A stretch of 63,207 nt of DNA, the filler included, from Nemertoderma westbladi (Eukaryota > Animalia > Xenacoelomorpha), in the NCBI GenBank assembly GCA_032718475.1. It is 4 parts of 4 records of this genome, joined end to end, with 100 filler letters (N's around TTAATTAATTAA, not from the genome) between each part and the next. Parts side by side here need not be neighbours in the genome. Positions count along the whole stretch, not along the records: positions 25,121 to 50,981 come from JAUCBJ010003343.1; 3 more parts are not named here. One strand, given 5' to 3'. This document shows, piece by piece, positions 25,441 to 39,797 of the stretch (its first letter is position 1; each line of letters opens with the position of its first letter). A program made the position numbers and the translations under genes. The notes beneath the pieces were generated by a model. The model was not told where the DNA came from. It saw only the letters and a program-made list of their open reading frames with translations, and searched no databases.

Positions 25441-28400
25441 AAAAGGTAATTAACTGTACGACAAGGTAATTAACTGTACGACAAGGTAATTAACAGTACG
25501 ACAAGGTAATTAACAGTACGACAAGGTAATTAACTGTACGACAAGGTAATTAACTGTACGACAAGGTAATTAACAGTACGAAAAGGTAATTAACTGTACG
25601 ACAAGGTAATTAACTGTACGACAAGGTAATTAACAGTACGACAAGGTAATTAACTGTACGACAAGGTAATTAACAGTACGAAAAGGTAATTAACTGTACG
25701 ACAAGGTAATTAACTGTACGACAAGGTAATTAACGTACGAAAGGTAATTAACTGTACGACAAGGTAATTAACAGTACGACAAGGTAATTAACTGTACGAC
25801 AAGGTAATTAACAGTACGACAAGGTAATTAACTGTACGACAAGGTAATTAACTGTACGACAAGGTAATTAACTGTACGACAAGGTAATTAACTGTACGAC
25901 AAGGTAATTAACTGTACGACAAGGTAATTAACTGTACGACAAGGTAATTAACTGTACGACAGGGTAATTAACTGTACGACAAGGTAATTAACTGTACGAC
26001 AAGGTAATTAACTGTACGACAAGGTAATTAACTGTACGACAAGGTAATTAACTGTACGACAAGGTAATTAACTGTACGACAAGGTAATTAACTGTACGAC
26101 AAGGTAATTAACTGTACGACAAGGTAATTAACAGTACGACAAGGTAATTAACTGTACGACAAGGTAATTAACTGTACGACAAGGTAATTAACAGTACGAC
26201 AAGGTAATTAACTGTACGACAAGGTAATTAACTGTACGACAAGGTAATTAACTGTACGACAAGGTAATTAACTGTACGACAAGGTAATTAACTGTACGAC
26301 AAGGTAATTAACTGTACGACAAGGTAATTAACTGTACGACAAGGTAATTAACTGTACGACAAGGTAATTAACTGTACGACAAGGTAATTAACTGTACGAC
26401 AAGGTAATTAACTGTACGACAAGGTAATTAACTGTACGACAAGGTAATTAACTGTACGACAAGGTAATTAACTGTACGACAAGGTAATTAACTGTACGAC
26501 AAGGTAATTAACTGTACGACAAGGTAATTAACTGTACGACAAGGTAATTAACTGTACGACAAGGTAATTAACTGTACGACAGGGTAATTAACTGTACGAC
26601 AAGGTAATTAACTGTACGACAAGGTAATTAACTGTACGACAAGGTAATTAACAGTACGACAAGGTAATTAACTGTACGACAAGGTAATTAACTGTACGAC
26701 AAGGTAATTAACAGTACGACAAGGTAATTAACTGTACGACAAGGTAATTAACTGTACGACAAGGTAATTAACTGTACGACAAGGTAATTAACTGTACGAC
26801 AAGGTAATTAACAGTACGACAAGGTAATTAACTGTACGACAAGGTAATTAACTGTACGACAAGGTAATTAACTGTACGACAAGGTAATTAACTGTACGAC
26901 AAGGTAATTAACAGTACGACAAGGTAATTAACTGTACGACAAGGTAATTAACTGTACGACAAGGTAATTAACAGTACGACAAGGTAATTAACTGTACGAC
27001 AAGGTAATTAACTGTACGACAAGGTAATTAACTGTACGACAAGGTAATTAACTGTACGACAAGGTAATTAACTGTACGACAAGGTAATTAACTGTACGAC
27101 AAGGTAATTAACTGTACGACAAGGTAATTAACTGTACGACAAGGTAATTAACTGTACGACAAGGTAATTAACAGTACGACAAGGTAATTAACTGTACGAC
27201 AAGGTAATTAACTGTACGACAAGGTAATTAACAGTACGACAAGGTAATTAACTGTACGACAAGGTAATTAACTGTACGACAAGGTAATTAACAGTACGAC
27301 AAGGTAATTAACAGTACGACAAGGTAATTAACTGTACGACAAGGTAATTAACTGTACGACAAGGTAATTAACTGTACGACAAGGTAATTAACAGTACGAC
27401 AAGGTAATTAACAGTACGAAAAGGTAATTAACTGTACGACAAGGTAATTAACAGTACGACAAGGTAATTAACAGTACGACAAGGTAATTAACTGTACGAC
27501 AAGGTAATTAACTGTACGACAAGGTAATTAACTGTACGACAAGGTAATTAACTGTACGACAAGGTAATTAACAGTACGACAAGGTAATTAACAGTACGAC
27601 AAGGTAATTAACTGTACGACAAGGTAATTAACTGTACGACAAGGTAATTAACTGTACGACAAGGTAATTAACTGTACGACAAGGTAATTAACTGTACGAC
27701 AAGGTAATTAACTGTACGACAAGGTAATTAACTGTACGACAAGGTAATTAACAGTACGACAAGGTAATTAACAGTACGACAAGGTAATTAACTGTACGAC
27801 AAGGTAATTAACAGTACGACAAGGTAATTAACTGTACGACAAGGTAATTAACTGTACGACAAGGTAATTAACAGTACGACAAGGTAATTAACAGTACGAC
27901 AAGGTAATTAACTGTACGACAAGGTAATTAACTGTACGACAAGGTAATTAACTGTACGACAAGGTAATTAACTGTACGACAAGGTAATTAACAGTACGAC
28001 AAGGTAATTAACAGTACGACAAGGTAATTAACTGTACGACAAGGTAATTAACTGTACGACAAGGTAATTAACAGTACGACAAGGTAATTAACTGTACGAC
28101 AAGGTAATTAACTGTACGACAAGGTAATTAACTGTACGACAAGGTAATTAACTGTACGACAAGGTAATTAACTGTACGACAAGGTAATTAACTGTACGAC
28201 AAGGTAATTAACAGTACGACAAGGTAATTAACTGTACGACAAGGTAATTAACAGTACGACAAGGTAATTAACAGTACGACAAGGTAATTAACTGTACGAC
28301 AAGGTAATTAACTGTACGACAAGGTAATTAACTGTACGACAGGGTAATTAACTGTACGACAAGGTAATTAACTGTACGACAAGGTAATTAACTGTACGAC

Positions 28401-31400
28401 AAGGTAATTAACTGTACGACAAGGTAATTAACTGTACGACAAGGTAATTAACAGTACGACAAGGTAATTAACTGTACGACAAGGTAATTAACTGTACGAC
28501 AGCGTAATTAACTGTACGACAAGGTAATTAACTGTACGACAAGGTTTAACTGTACGACAAGGTAATTAACTGTACGACAAGGTAATTAACTGTACGACAA
28601 GGTAATTAACTGTACGACAAGGTAATTAACTGTACGACAAGGTAATTAACTGTACGACAAGGTAATTAACAGTACGACAAGGTAATTAACAGTACGAAAA
28701 GGTAATTAACTGTACGACAAGGTAATTAACTGTACGACAAGGTAATTAACAGTACGAAAAGGTAATTAACTGTACGACAAGGTAATTAACTGTACGACAA
28801 GGTAATTAACTGTACGACAAGGTAATTAACTGTACGACAAGGTAATTAACTGTACGACAAGGTAATTAACTGTACGACAAGGTAATTAACAGTACGACAA
28901 GGTAATTAACTGTACGACAAGGTAATTAACAGTACGACAAGGTAATTAACTGTACGACAAGGTAATTAACTGTACGACAAGGTAATTAACAGTACGAAAA
29001 GGTAATTAACTGTACGACAAGGTAATTAACTGTACGACAAGGTAATTAACAGTACGACAAGGTAATTAACTGTACGACAAGGTAATTAACAGTACGAAAA
29101 GGTAATTAACTGTACGACAAGGTAATTAACTGTACGACAAGGTAATTAACTGTACGACAAGGTAATTAACTGTACGACAAGGTAATTAACAGTACGACAA
29201 GGTAATTAACTGTACGACAAGGTAATTAACAGTACGACAAGGTAATTAACTGTACGACAAGGTAATTAACTGTACGACAAGGTAATTAACTGTACGACAA
29301 GGTAATTAACTGTACGACAAGGTAATTAACTGTACGACAGGGTAATTAACTGTACGACAAGGTAATTAACTGTACGACAAGGTAATTAACTGTACGACAA
29401 GGTAATTAACTGTACGACAAGGTAATTAACTGTACGACAGGGTAATTAACTGTACGACAAGGTAATTAACTGTACGACAAGGTAATTAACTGTACGACAA
29501 GGTAATTAACAGTACGACAAGGTAATTAACTGTACGACAAGGTAATTAACTGTACGACAAGGTAATTAACAGTACGACAAGGTAATTAACTGTACGAAAA
29601 GGTAATTAACTGTACGACAAGGTAATTAACTGTACGACAAGGTAATTAACTGTACGACAAGGTAATTAACAGTACGACAAGGTAATTAACAGTACGAAAA
29701 GGTAATTAACTGTACGACAAGGTAATTAACAGTACGACAAGGTAATTAACAGTACGACAAGGTAATTAACTGTACGACAAGGTAATTAACTGTACGACAG
29801 GGTAATTAACTGTACGACAAGGTAATTAACAGTACGACAAGGTAATTAACAGTACGAAAAGGTAATTAACTGTACGACAAGGTAATTAACTGTACGACAA
29901 GGTAATTAACTGTACGACAAGGTAATTAACTGTACGACAAGGTAATTAACTGTACGACAAGGTAATTAACTGTACGACAAGGTAATTAACAGTACGAAAA
30001 GGTAATTAACTGTACGACAAGGTAATTAACAGTACGACAAGGTAATTAACAGTACGACAAGGTAATTAACTGTACGACAAGGTAATTAACAGTACGACAG
30101 GGTAATTAACAGTACGAAAAGGTAATTAACTGTACGACAGGGTAATTAACAGTACGACAAGGTAATTAACAGTACGACAAGGTAATTAACTGTACGACAA
30201 GGTAATTAACTGTACGACAAGGTAATTAACTGTACGACAAGGTAATTAACTGTACGACAGGGTAATTAACTGTACGACAAGGTAATTAACAGTACGACAA
30301 GGTAATTAACAGTACGAAAAGGTAATTAACTGTACGACAAGGTAATTAACAGTACGACAAGGTAATTAACAGTACGACAAGGTAATTAACTGTACGACAA
30401 GGTAATTAACTGTACGACAAGGTAATTAACTGTACGACAAGGTAATTAACTGTACGACAGGGTAATTAACTGTACGACAAGGTAATTAACAGTACGAAAA
30501 GGTAATTAACTGTACGACAAGGTAATTAACAGTACGACAAGGTAATTAACAGTACGACAAGGTAATTAACTGTACGACAAGGTAATTAACTGTACGACAG
30601 GGTAATTAACTGTACGACAAGGTAATTAACTGTACGACAGGGTAATTAACTGTACGACAAGGTAATTAACAGTACGAAAAGGTAATTAACTGTACGACAA
30701 GGTAATTAACAGTACGACAAGGTAATTAACAGTACGACAAGGTAATTAACTGTACGACAAGGTAATTAACTGTACGACAGGGTAATTAACTGTACGACAA
30801 GGTAATTAACAGTACGAAAAGGTAATTAACTGTACGACAAGGTAATTAACAGTACGACAAGGTAATTAACAGTACGACAAGGTAATTAACTGTACGACAA
30901 GGTAATTAACTGTACGACAGGGTAATTAACTGTACGACAAGGTAATTAACAGTACGACAAGGTAATTAACAGTACGAAAAGGTAATTAACTGTACGACAA
31001 GGTAATTAACTGTACGACAAGGTAATTAACTGTACGACAAGGTAATTAACTGTACGACAAGGTAATTAACTGTACGACAAGGTAATTAACTGTACGACAA
31101 GGTAATTAACTGTACGACAAGGTAATTAACTGTACGACAAGGTAATTAACTGTACGACAAGGTAATTAACTGTACGACAGGGTAATTAACAGTACGACAA
31201 GGTAATTAACTTTACGACAAGGTAATTAACAGTACGACAAGGTAATTAACAGTACGACAAGGTAATTAACTGTACGGCAAGGTAATTAACTGTACGACAG
31301 CGTAATTAACTGTACGACAAGGTAATTAACTGTACGACAAGGTAATTAACTGTACGACAAGGTAATTAACTGTACGGCAAGGTAATTAACTGTACGACAA

Positions 31401-32085
31401 GGTAATTAACTGTACGACAAGGTAATTAACAGTACGACAAGGTAATTAACAGTACGACAAGGTAATTAACAGTACGACAAGGTAATTAACTGTACGACAA
31501 GGTAATTAACTGTACGACAAGGTAATTAACTGTACGACAAGGTAATTAACTGTACGACAAGGTAATTAACAGTACGACAGGGTAATTAACTGTACGACAA
31601 GGTAATTAACTGTACGACAGGGTAATTAACTGTACGACAAGGTTTAACTGTACGACAAAGTTTAACTGTACGACAAGGTAATTAACTGTACGACAAGGTA
31701 ATTAACTGTACGACAAGGTAATTAACTGTACGACAAGGTAATTAACTGTACGACAAGGTAATTAACTGTACGACAAGGTAATTAACAGTACGACAGGGTA
31801 ATTAACTGTACGACAAGGTAATTAACTGTACGACAGCGTAATTAACTGTACGACAAGGTAATTAACTGTACGACAAGGTAATTAACTGTACGACAAGGTA
31901 ATTAACTGTACGACAAGGTAATTAACTGTACGACAAGGTAATTAACAGTACGACAAGGTAATTAACTGTACGACAAGGTTTAACTGTACGACAAGGTAAT
32001 TAACTGTACGACAAGGTAATTAACTGTACGACAAGGTAATTAACTGTACGACAGGGTAATTAACTGTACGACAAGGTAATTAACC
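25441..32085. repeat. Satellite array, 20-bp unit aaggtaattaac(t/a)gtacgac, ~330 copies, very homogeneous
   Basis: Directly visible; variation is confined to about three positions and rare 1-2-bp deletions. Confidence 0.99.
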
Positions 32086-32162
32086 AACCGCAACGTCTAT
32101 CGGTACAAACCACAAACTGCAGACTGAAGCAGTATAGTCGAACAAACCGGTGTTACCTCGAT

Positions 32163-32762
32163 CAGTCAGAAGTCAGGTGAGGACCTTCGAATACGTAAGG
32201 GAAAGGCATGGGCAGCCTTGAATAGGCTTTCCAGGATTTGGAAGTCATCGAGAATTAATCGGAAACTTAAGGTCCGATTATTTAGAGCAGCAGTAGTTCC
32301 AGTACTCCTCTATGGGAGTCCATGCTGGGCTCTAACTACTGAGGACACCAAATCTCTGAATGGCACATTCACAAGAATGCTACGCCGGGTTCATTGTGTC
32401 AAGTACAATGCACACATCTCCAACCAGACACTATATAACATTGGAGGTGTCTCATTGGTTCCCCCAAGCTTGACACTAGAACAAAATCGCCTCCGCTTTG
32501 CAGGACATTGCTTTCGCCGTGAGGACAAGCCAGTGCATAATCTTGTACTTTGGCAGCCTCATGGAGTGAATAAGCATGGTGGACAGCCCATGACTTTCTT
32601 GAGACGCATCTTAAAGGACACTGGCCTTGAAGATGCGGATGATCTAGCAAATGTCATGGGTGATAGGGAGTTGTGGCGGTGCAATTTTGTCGATAAGCTG
32701 GCACAGCATTCTTAAAAATGCAGCTGCAATGTAGCATGCCGATCCTAGTAGTAGTAGTAGTA
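32163..32762 (+). mobile_element. 5'-truncated RTE-clade LINE with intact C-terminal ORF, (tag)n tail and 13-bp TSD
   Basis: RKGKAWAALNRLSRIWKS..KLKVRLFRAAVVPVLLYG..W..T..LNG.FTRMLRRV..RLRFAGHCFR; TSD gtgttacctcgat at 32150-32162 and 32763-32775. Confidence 0.93.
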
Positions 32763-33289
32763 GTGTTACCTCGATGTACCGGTCACGGCGATTAAGCCTC
32801 ACTCAAGGAGAACAGTATAAGATCAGTTTGGTTGACGACGACATATAAAACAGTAAATAACGGTGCGGGAGGACTACGATGGATTACCGCTCACATCGAA
32901 CAACAAGTTTTATTCGAGAGGAATCCGTCTTCCTCCCACAGATGCGCCTAGAAAAACCAGAGTTATGTGGTTGGAGAGGATGAAAAAGTTGAATGACTCG
33001 GCGTCCCAATCATACCTATGGGTGTGTCGGGGCACTGTGGTTGGGCGTCGCCCGAGAGAACATGATATGAATCGAAGACGAATCAACCACCATGAATGGC
33101 GTAATACGGAGGAATTCTCGGCGAGTAATTTCAATATTCAAATAGAATTAGCTACTCCAAGTCAAAACTACCACTTCGCCCGCGAGCAAGCTTCGCCCAA
33201 TAAACAATTATTGTTTTGGTTAGAAAAAGTCGTCTCTGTATCCTGCTCAGGCACCCAGGCCACACTAATGTCCACTTTATAAGTTTACA

Positions 33290-33420
33290 GTAAAGTAAGT
33301 AAAGTAAATTTTCTTCGGCCGTTAGGCCAGGGATTACGCACAAAGTCTGACGACTTATTTCCAGTGCGGTCCCCCAGAACTTTACTCTCCAGAGGAAACT
33401 CTAGTACTCATTTAGCTAGG
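33290..33420 (-). mobile_element. SINE 3' fragment
   Basis: (gtaaa)n tail on the + strand and an agtactcattt motif like that in the SINE at 5.8 kb. Confidence 0.45.
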
Positions 33421-34458
33421 TTCTCCTCTCTAGTAAACACTATTCTATAACTGTAACTGTATACTATCTATTTAAAACAACTAGTACTGCAATCTTATAA
33501 AGTGAAGGATTATAAGTCTTAAAGTAAATAGTTATAACATAGATAGGTCTTAAATAATACAATTACAACCAAATCACTTTATATTACAACCATTTTATAT
33601 AGTTTGCAGAAATAAAAAAAATAGTAGTCACATGCTATAAGCTAGCACGCTAATAAACCATGATTGTACCCTCAATCCATCCCCCCACTATACTACCAAC
33701 ACCCTCAATCCATTGATTGTTGGGAAATGTTGATGAATAAAGTAATAGCTTTGAAGCTACAACGTTATGCTTTGGGTACAAAATAATAGATCATTATAAT
33801 GCGATGGGAAGAGTTGCGTATTCATTACGTGTCCTTGGCCAGTTGATGGAACGATAATTAAATATACATCATAATTATGGATTGACTCAAAAAGCATCCC
33901 AGTTCTACCATTATAATTCAAAGCTTATTTAATGAATGAATGGGGGATGGCATCTGTGCTGGAGAGATAATTATTCGCTATCTGTCAACTATCGTCAGCC
34001 AATCTCTAACACTAGGCCTGCCGGAAACGCGACGTATAATTCCGGCTACGATAAGCTCTTCGCAGACATACCCGAGTCACCGCCCACCGAATCCAATTAG
34101 GGAATATGATACGTCTGAGCGGCATGTCAGCACATAATTGCTGAAGTAATTGTGGACGGATAATCAGGCTGCTCTATAACTGCAGGACTGAAGCGACTGG
34201 GTTAACGTAATGACTCATAATGTGAGGTAACAACATACATACAGTGTGGGTAGGTAATCAGATGAGAAATCCTTCCAGGAAAAAGCAATCCGAATTTCCG
34301 CCAGGAAAAAGCAATCAATGTCAGTTACAATCCATATTGCCATGGCCATAGGCGCAGCCTATTTTAAATGAAATGCATACCTTACAACCCCGGAGAATAT
34401 AAAAAAATGAGCATTATAAACACATTTTTCGTAAAAATGTTAAAATAATGATCTCAAA

Positions 34459-34722
34459 GGTTGGTTCCCTGGTGCCGAGGTTGGTTCCCTGGTGCCGAGG
34501 TTGGTTCCCTGGTGCCGAGGTTGGTTCCCTGGTGCCGAGGTTGGTTCCCTGGTGCCGAGGTTGGTTCCCTGGTGCCGAGGTTGGTTCCCTGGTGCCGAGG
34601 TTGGTTCCCTGGTGCCGAGGATGGAGGCCGTTGGTTCCCTAGTGCCGAGGATGGAGGCCGTTGGTTCCCTGGTGCCGATGATGGAGGCCGTTGGTTCCCT
34701 GGTGCCGAGGATGGAGGCCGTT
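34459..34722. repeat. Minisatellite, 20-bp unit (ggttggttccctggtgccga) switching to a 30-bp variant
   Basis: Directly visible. Confidence 0.95.
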
Positions 34723-34744
34723 ATAAATTGCTATAAATTTTCAT

Positions 34745-35064
34745 TTAAAGGGAAACTGAAGTTTTCGGGTTAAAAAAATGTGAATTTTGCATATAATGCA
34801 TAATGATATAATGCAGAATACACAATTCAAATATGAAACCAGTTTTTCTATATCTTAAAGTGTTACGATGATAACAACACTAACTTGTGGGGTACTAGTG
34901 GCATACGCGGTCGTGTCGCGATAGTAAATAAAATACATTTTCATTCACTAATCGATATCATGAGATGATAGTCAAATTGGCAGACTTTCATGTTGGTAGG
35001 TCTGATAGTTCCTTAGATATCCTGCATATAAGATCTACGGTTCCCCGCTAAAGTTTCCCCTTAA
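34745..35064. mobile_element. MITE-like element, TTAA-flanked (Kolobok-like)
   Basis: ttaa|agggaaact ... agtttcccc|ttaa short TIRs. Confidence 0.45.
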
Positions 35065-37117
35065 ATAAAAACACATTTTTGAAGCATATCTTTTAATAAA
35101 GGATGATTGACGTTTATAAGTTTATCTTTTTAGTAAAACTGCCATGTATCTCTCGCTTCTGCCAATGGGCTGGCCATAGTATGTCCGGACAGTTATAAGA
35201 GTATATTATAAATATATTTTACGTTTGAAATAGAGAAACAAAGAAAACTATGTCGAAATATCATATTTAGATTTTCTTTTGAAATTACGGTTTCAATTTA
35301 CGGAGGAGGGGGGGGGGGTACCATGCCTATAACAAAAGCAAAATGTACGCTGATTCTGTAATCAGTTGTTTCGTTTGCGAAATTCAGAAACACTTTCCAA
35401 TATATACGTGAAAATTTATAAATTATGTGCAATACCATGTTCACAAAAAAATATATGAAAAATTGGCATTTAAGGCGAAGGTGTTTTAATTGTGTTTTAA
35501 TTTGCATTCAAAGTAAGTCAAAACAAGTTAAAAAACAATTATGGGCCCCAATTAAGCAAGAGTTATACGCAGTATATCCTGCTTTCCTATTTATAGGAAA
35601 TATTTACATATTAAAAAATATATATAAAATGTATAAAAAATTTCCATTTTTATATTTTCATATTTATACATATTATTCTATTGATTTTATATCACCTAAA
35701 TTGGTGATTTAACATTGAGACGAAATAGTAATCGCCGAGGTGGGAATTGCGTCCAGCCACTCCCCCCCCCCCCCCCCGTCTCAGTTTCGAATGGAGCACT
35801 CCACTAACGTAGTGACGTCAAACCTGCAGAAGCCGATCACAGCCGATTTTCAAAATTGGCTACCCGCGCTTCCTTAAACCCGCCATTTAGACCGTTTCAT
35901 CGTGTTTTTATAAGAAACACCATCCGCCACTCGATTCAATGCACCTTGTTACCCCTTATTCAATTGTTTCTAGACCAATAAGTTTTTTGCGCACCAACCC
36001 TGATAGGTATTATAGTAATAGGCGATATTTTATTATCCTGTTAGCAGGGAAAACTAGCCAAAACTAGCCTTTAAAGGTTCCCTGAAATTTTGCATGTACT
36101 ACTCACCAAGGCGCGGCTTGGGCTGGGTCTCATATCTTGAAAAAAATGGCATTTCCTAAAGGAAATGTACCACGAAGCTCAGAAAAAAACGTGTAATACA
36201 GAAATAGAACGCCCTAATTAAACAAAAAAAAAAAAAAAAAAAACAACGTAACGTATGGATGCAAAAGGAGATTAAACCAATCATTCTAAATACGGAAAAA
36301 CTGGATTAATTCCAGACAGAGTAAGATAAACCACTCCTTACGTTGCGTACCATTACCATTGTAAGGTCAAAGTGAGTGCCGCGCCACTCATTCGGTGTGC
36401 AAATAGACTGGGAGACGTATCTCACAACTGGTTAGACTGTGACATACCAAAAACCAGACATCAACCATAAATAATGTGAATGGCAATAGCGATAACTGAT
36501 ACAAAAACTGATCAAACAAATAAATAAAAGGGAATTTAAGATTTTGTTCAACTAGTACATTAAGAAATGTAACATTAAGTATGAATAGAAAGCAAATATT
36601 AGCCCCAATCAAATATGATTGATGTGTCTCAAGTGGAGGTGGGTATTGGGTATTCATTCGCCTACATTCACAGTATCAGTGGGTGGTGGGTGGGTATACA
36701 GACAAGGATGTACAACTCGTGTCCGTATAACTTGTACAACTTGTAGTCTGTACAACTCATGTCTCTACAATTGTTTTGTTTAAAAAATCCGTCTCTGTAA
36801 TGTGCTCCTTTCCCTCAATTGGTAACAAGATCGTTTATTGTTTTGGTTAGAAAAAGCAGTCTCTGTAACCTGCTCCTTTCCGTCAATTGGTAATTAAAAT
36901 GGTTAGTAACATCAATCACTATCTGCGACGGGGGGGGGGGGGGGATACAGGAATGGGGCACAACAACTCGTGTCTGTACAAATCGTAACACCTTTACGTT
37001 ACCAAATGAATTGAGCAGGATACAATGGTGGTGAGATTTTCTAACCAAAATAATAAACGATAACTAAAGAACACAGGTTAGACATTTATATGACAAATTG
37101 TGGACACAAGTTGTCCG

Positions 37118-38212
37118 GACAGTTGACCAGATACGAGTTGTCCGAACAGTTGACCATATACGAGTTATCCGGACAGTTGACAATATACGAGTGGTCCGGA
37201 CAGTTGACCAGATTTGAGTTGCCCGTACAGTCGACCAGATACGAGTTGTCCGGACAGGCGACCAGTAACGCGTTGTCCGGACAGTTGACCAGATGTGAGT
37301 TGTCCGAAGAGTTGACCAGATACGAGTTGCCCGGACAGTCGACCAGTTACGAGTTGTCCGGACAGACAACCAGTTACGAGTTGTCCGGACAATTGACCAG
37401 ATACGAGTTGCCCGTACAGTCGACCAGTTACGAGTTGCCCGGACAGTCGACCAGTTACGAGTTGCCCGGACAGTCGACCAGTTACGAGTTGCCCGGACAG
37501 TCGACCAGTTACGAGTTGTCCGGACAGACAACCAGTTACGTGTTGTCCGGACAGTTGACCAGATACGAGTTGCCCGTACAGTCGACCAGTTACGAGTTGC
37601 CCGGACAGTCGACCAGTTACGAGTTGCCCGGACAGTCGACCAGTTACGAGTTGTCCGGACAGACAACCAGTTACGTGTTGTCCGGACAGTTGACCAGATA
37701 CGAGTTGCCCGTACAGTCGACCAGTTACGAGTTGCCCGGACAGTCGACCAGTTACGAGTTGTCCGGACAGACAACCAGTTACGTGTTGTCCGGACAGTTG
37801 ACCAGATTCCAGTTGCCCGGACAGTTGACAGATTCGAGTTGCCCGGACAGTCGACCAGTTACGAGTTGTCCGGACAGTCGACCAGTTACGAGTTGTCCGG
37901 ACAGACAACCAGTTACGTGTTGTCCGGACAGTTGACCAGATACGAGTTGCCCGTACAGTCGACCAGTTACGAGTTGCCCGGACAGTCGACCAGTTACGAG
38001 TTGCCCGGACAGTCGACCAGTTACGAGTTGTCCGGACAGACAACCAGTTACGTGTTGTCCGGACAGTTGACCAGATTCCAGTTGCCCGGACAGTTGACAG
38101 ATTCGAGTTGCCCGGACAGTCGACCAGTTACGAGTTGTCCGGACAGACAACCAGTTATGAGTTGTCCGGACAGTTGACCAGATTCGAGTTGCCCGTACAG
38201 TCGACCAGCTAC
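37118..38212. repeat. Minisatellite, 27-bp unit (gagttg(t/c)ccggacagt(t/c)gaccag(a/t)tac), ~40 copies
   Basis: Directly visible. Confidence 0.96.
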
Positions 38213-38295
38213 GACGTTTCAGTACTTCAATAGTAGCCAATGTCAGATGTTTGTTTTTAGAAAGTATTTCATCAAACGACCACATTAAAGGTTTC

Positions 38296-38464
38296 CTACT
38301 GAGCCCCTAATGGGACATGGGTTTCCCCTTTTTTTTCTAAGTCCGGCCCGAAGATACAATCTCTGGATGGACTTAATATCTCCGGCCTCCGGTCCTGAGA
38401 TAGTACCTCCGGGCCGGACTTAAGAAAAAAAGGGGACACCCATGTCCCTTTAGGGGCTCCGTAG
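38296..38464. mobile_element. Small palindromic MITE (~170 bp)
   Basis: ctactgagcccctaatgggacatggg... / ...cccatgtccctttaggggctccgtag arms, ~70 bp imperfect inverted repeat. Confidence 0.8.
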
Positions 38465-38852
38465 TAGTTTCCTGTGTAACTAGTGTACAGTATTACGGGG
38501 ACAGTACGATATGAGAAAAACACATAATGGGGAAAATATAACACTGGTTTTTCTCCATAGATACCAAAAGGCAATCTGGAGTTCCATTCACAATGACTGA
38601 TATAGAAACCAATTTCTATGCCATTGTACATAAACAAAGCCCGCAGCCTATCTGGCAACTTCAAGACGTCTGGATAAAGGAAAAGAAACCAAAGTCACAA
38701 ATACCTTAAATAAAACAGCAAATAGTACAGCTGTTCTCAGGTGAAGATGGAATTTTCTGGAACATCATACTGGCGTATAATTTTGAATGACCACTATTAC
38801 TAGTTCGTGATCGGAAACAGTCAACTCGTGCCTGGACAACTCGAGTATGGAC

Positions 38853-39008
38853 AACTTGGTCCCACCTTGGCGTACCGGCCAACTTGGTCCACCTTGGCGT
38901 ACCGGCCAACTTGGTCCACCTTGGCGTACCGGCCATCTTGGTCCACCTTGGCGTACCGGCCATCTTGGTCCACCTTGGCGTACCGGCCAACTTGGTCCCA
39001 CCTTGGCG
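38853..39008. repeat. Minisatellite, 27-bp unit (cttggtccaccttggcgtaccggccaa), ~5.5 copies
   Basis: Directly visible. Confidence 0.93.
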
Positions 39009-39260
39009 ACGATTCTCTGTCCTGGATAGTTAAATTGAAGCTAAATGGGTTTCCTCTAAGAATGAAGTAGTTCTGGGTCTGGGGGGGGGGGGGGGGGGGG
39101 GGGGGGCGCTATAGTCGAACGAGACTTTGTGTGTAATACTTTATTTTTAATTTTCACTTTTGTACAATTCGTATCCTGATCCTGCACAACTCATGTCCAA
39201 ATTTGCCAACTTTTTTGAGCAGGCTCCAGTATCATTATTCTAAACGCGAATTAAACATGT

Positions 39261-39797
39261 CATGTGGGGCGAGCCACGAAGTTGGCGGAGCCTTAGCGAA
39301 TTGACACTGTTAGGGGGTGGGTCAATTTATGCAAATAGTTGTCGTCGTCGTCGTTGTCGTCGTCGTCGTCGTTGTCGTCGTCGTCGTCGTTACGATTTTG
39401 ACATGCTAATAACTTTGTCGGATTTAAAGCTGCCAAGTTGAAAATTTGTAGGTATCAATATGAGCAAAAGTTGAGATTTTTGAGAGACTTTCAGACACCA
39501 TCAGTGCAATGGTCTCCCGCTAGAGGGCCACATGTCTAAACATTAAATGCCCTCCCATTTCTTTGCTTTTAATCCGTTTAAGCTGAAACTTGGCAGATAT
39601 GTATTAGACCATTAGCTGTGACTTTCAAAGGAGGAGAATCCATCTGCAGTTCTCCAGTCTGCCGCTAGAGGGCCAAAGGTCTGAAAGTGAAAACAACTAA
39701 CGACGACAACTATTTGCATAAATTGACCCACCCCCTAACAGTGTCAATTCGCTAAGGCTTCGCCAACTTCGTGCTGCGCGAAGTCCCCACTTCGTGT
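39261..39797. mobile_element. HINE/Helentron-like element, single-unit copy with two CTCF-like sites
   Basis: ~75-bp subterminal inverted repeats (39276-39350 / 39701-39773), (gtc)n microsatellite, one ~315-bp core nearly identical to the tandem units at 56.6-57.5 kb. Confidence 0.8.

Noticed and set aside
25441-32085. CRISPR-like array
   Set aside because: No unique spacers between repeats, eukaryotic context, no cas genes.
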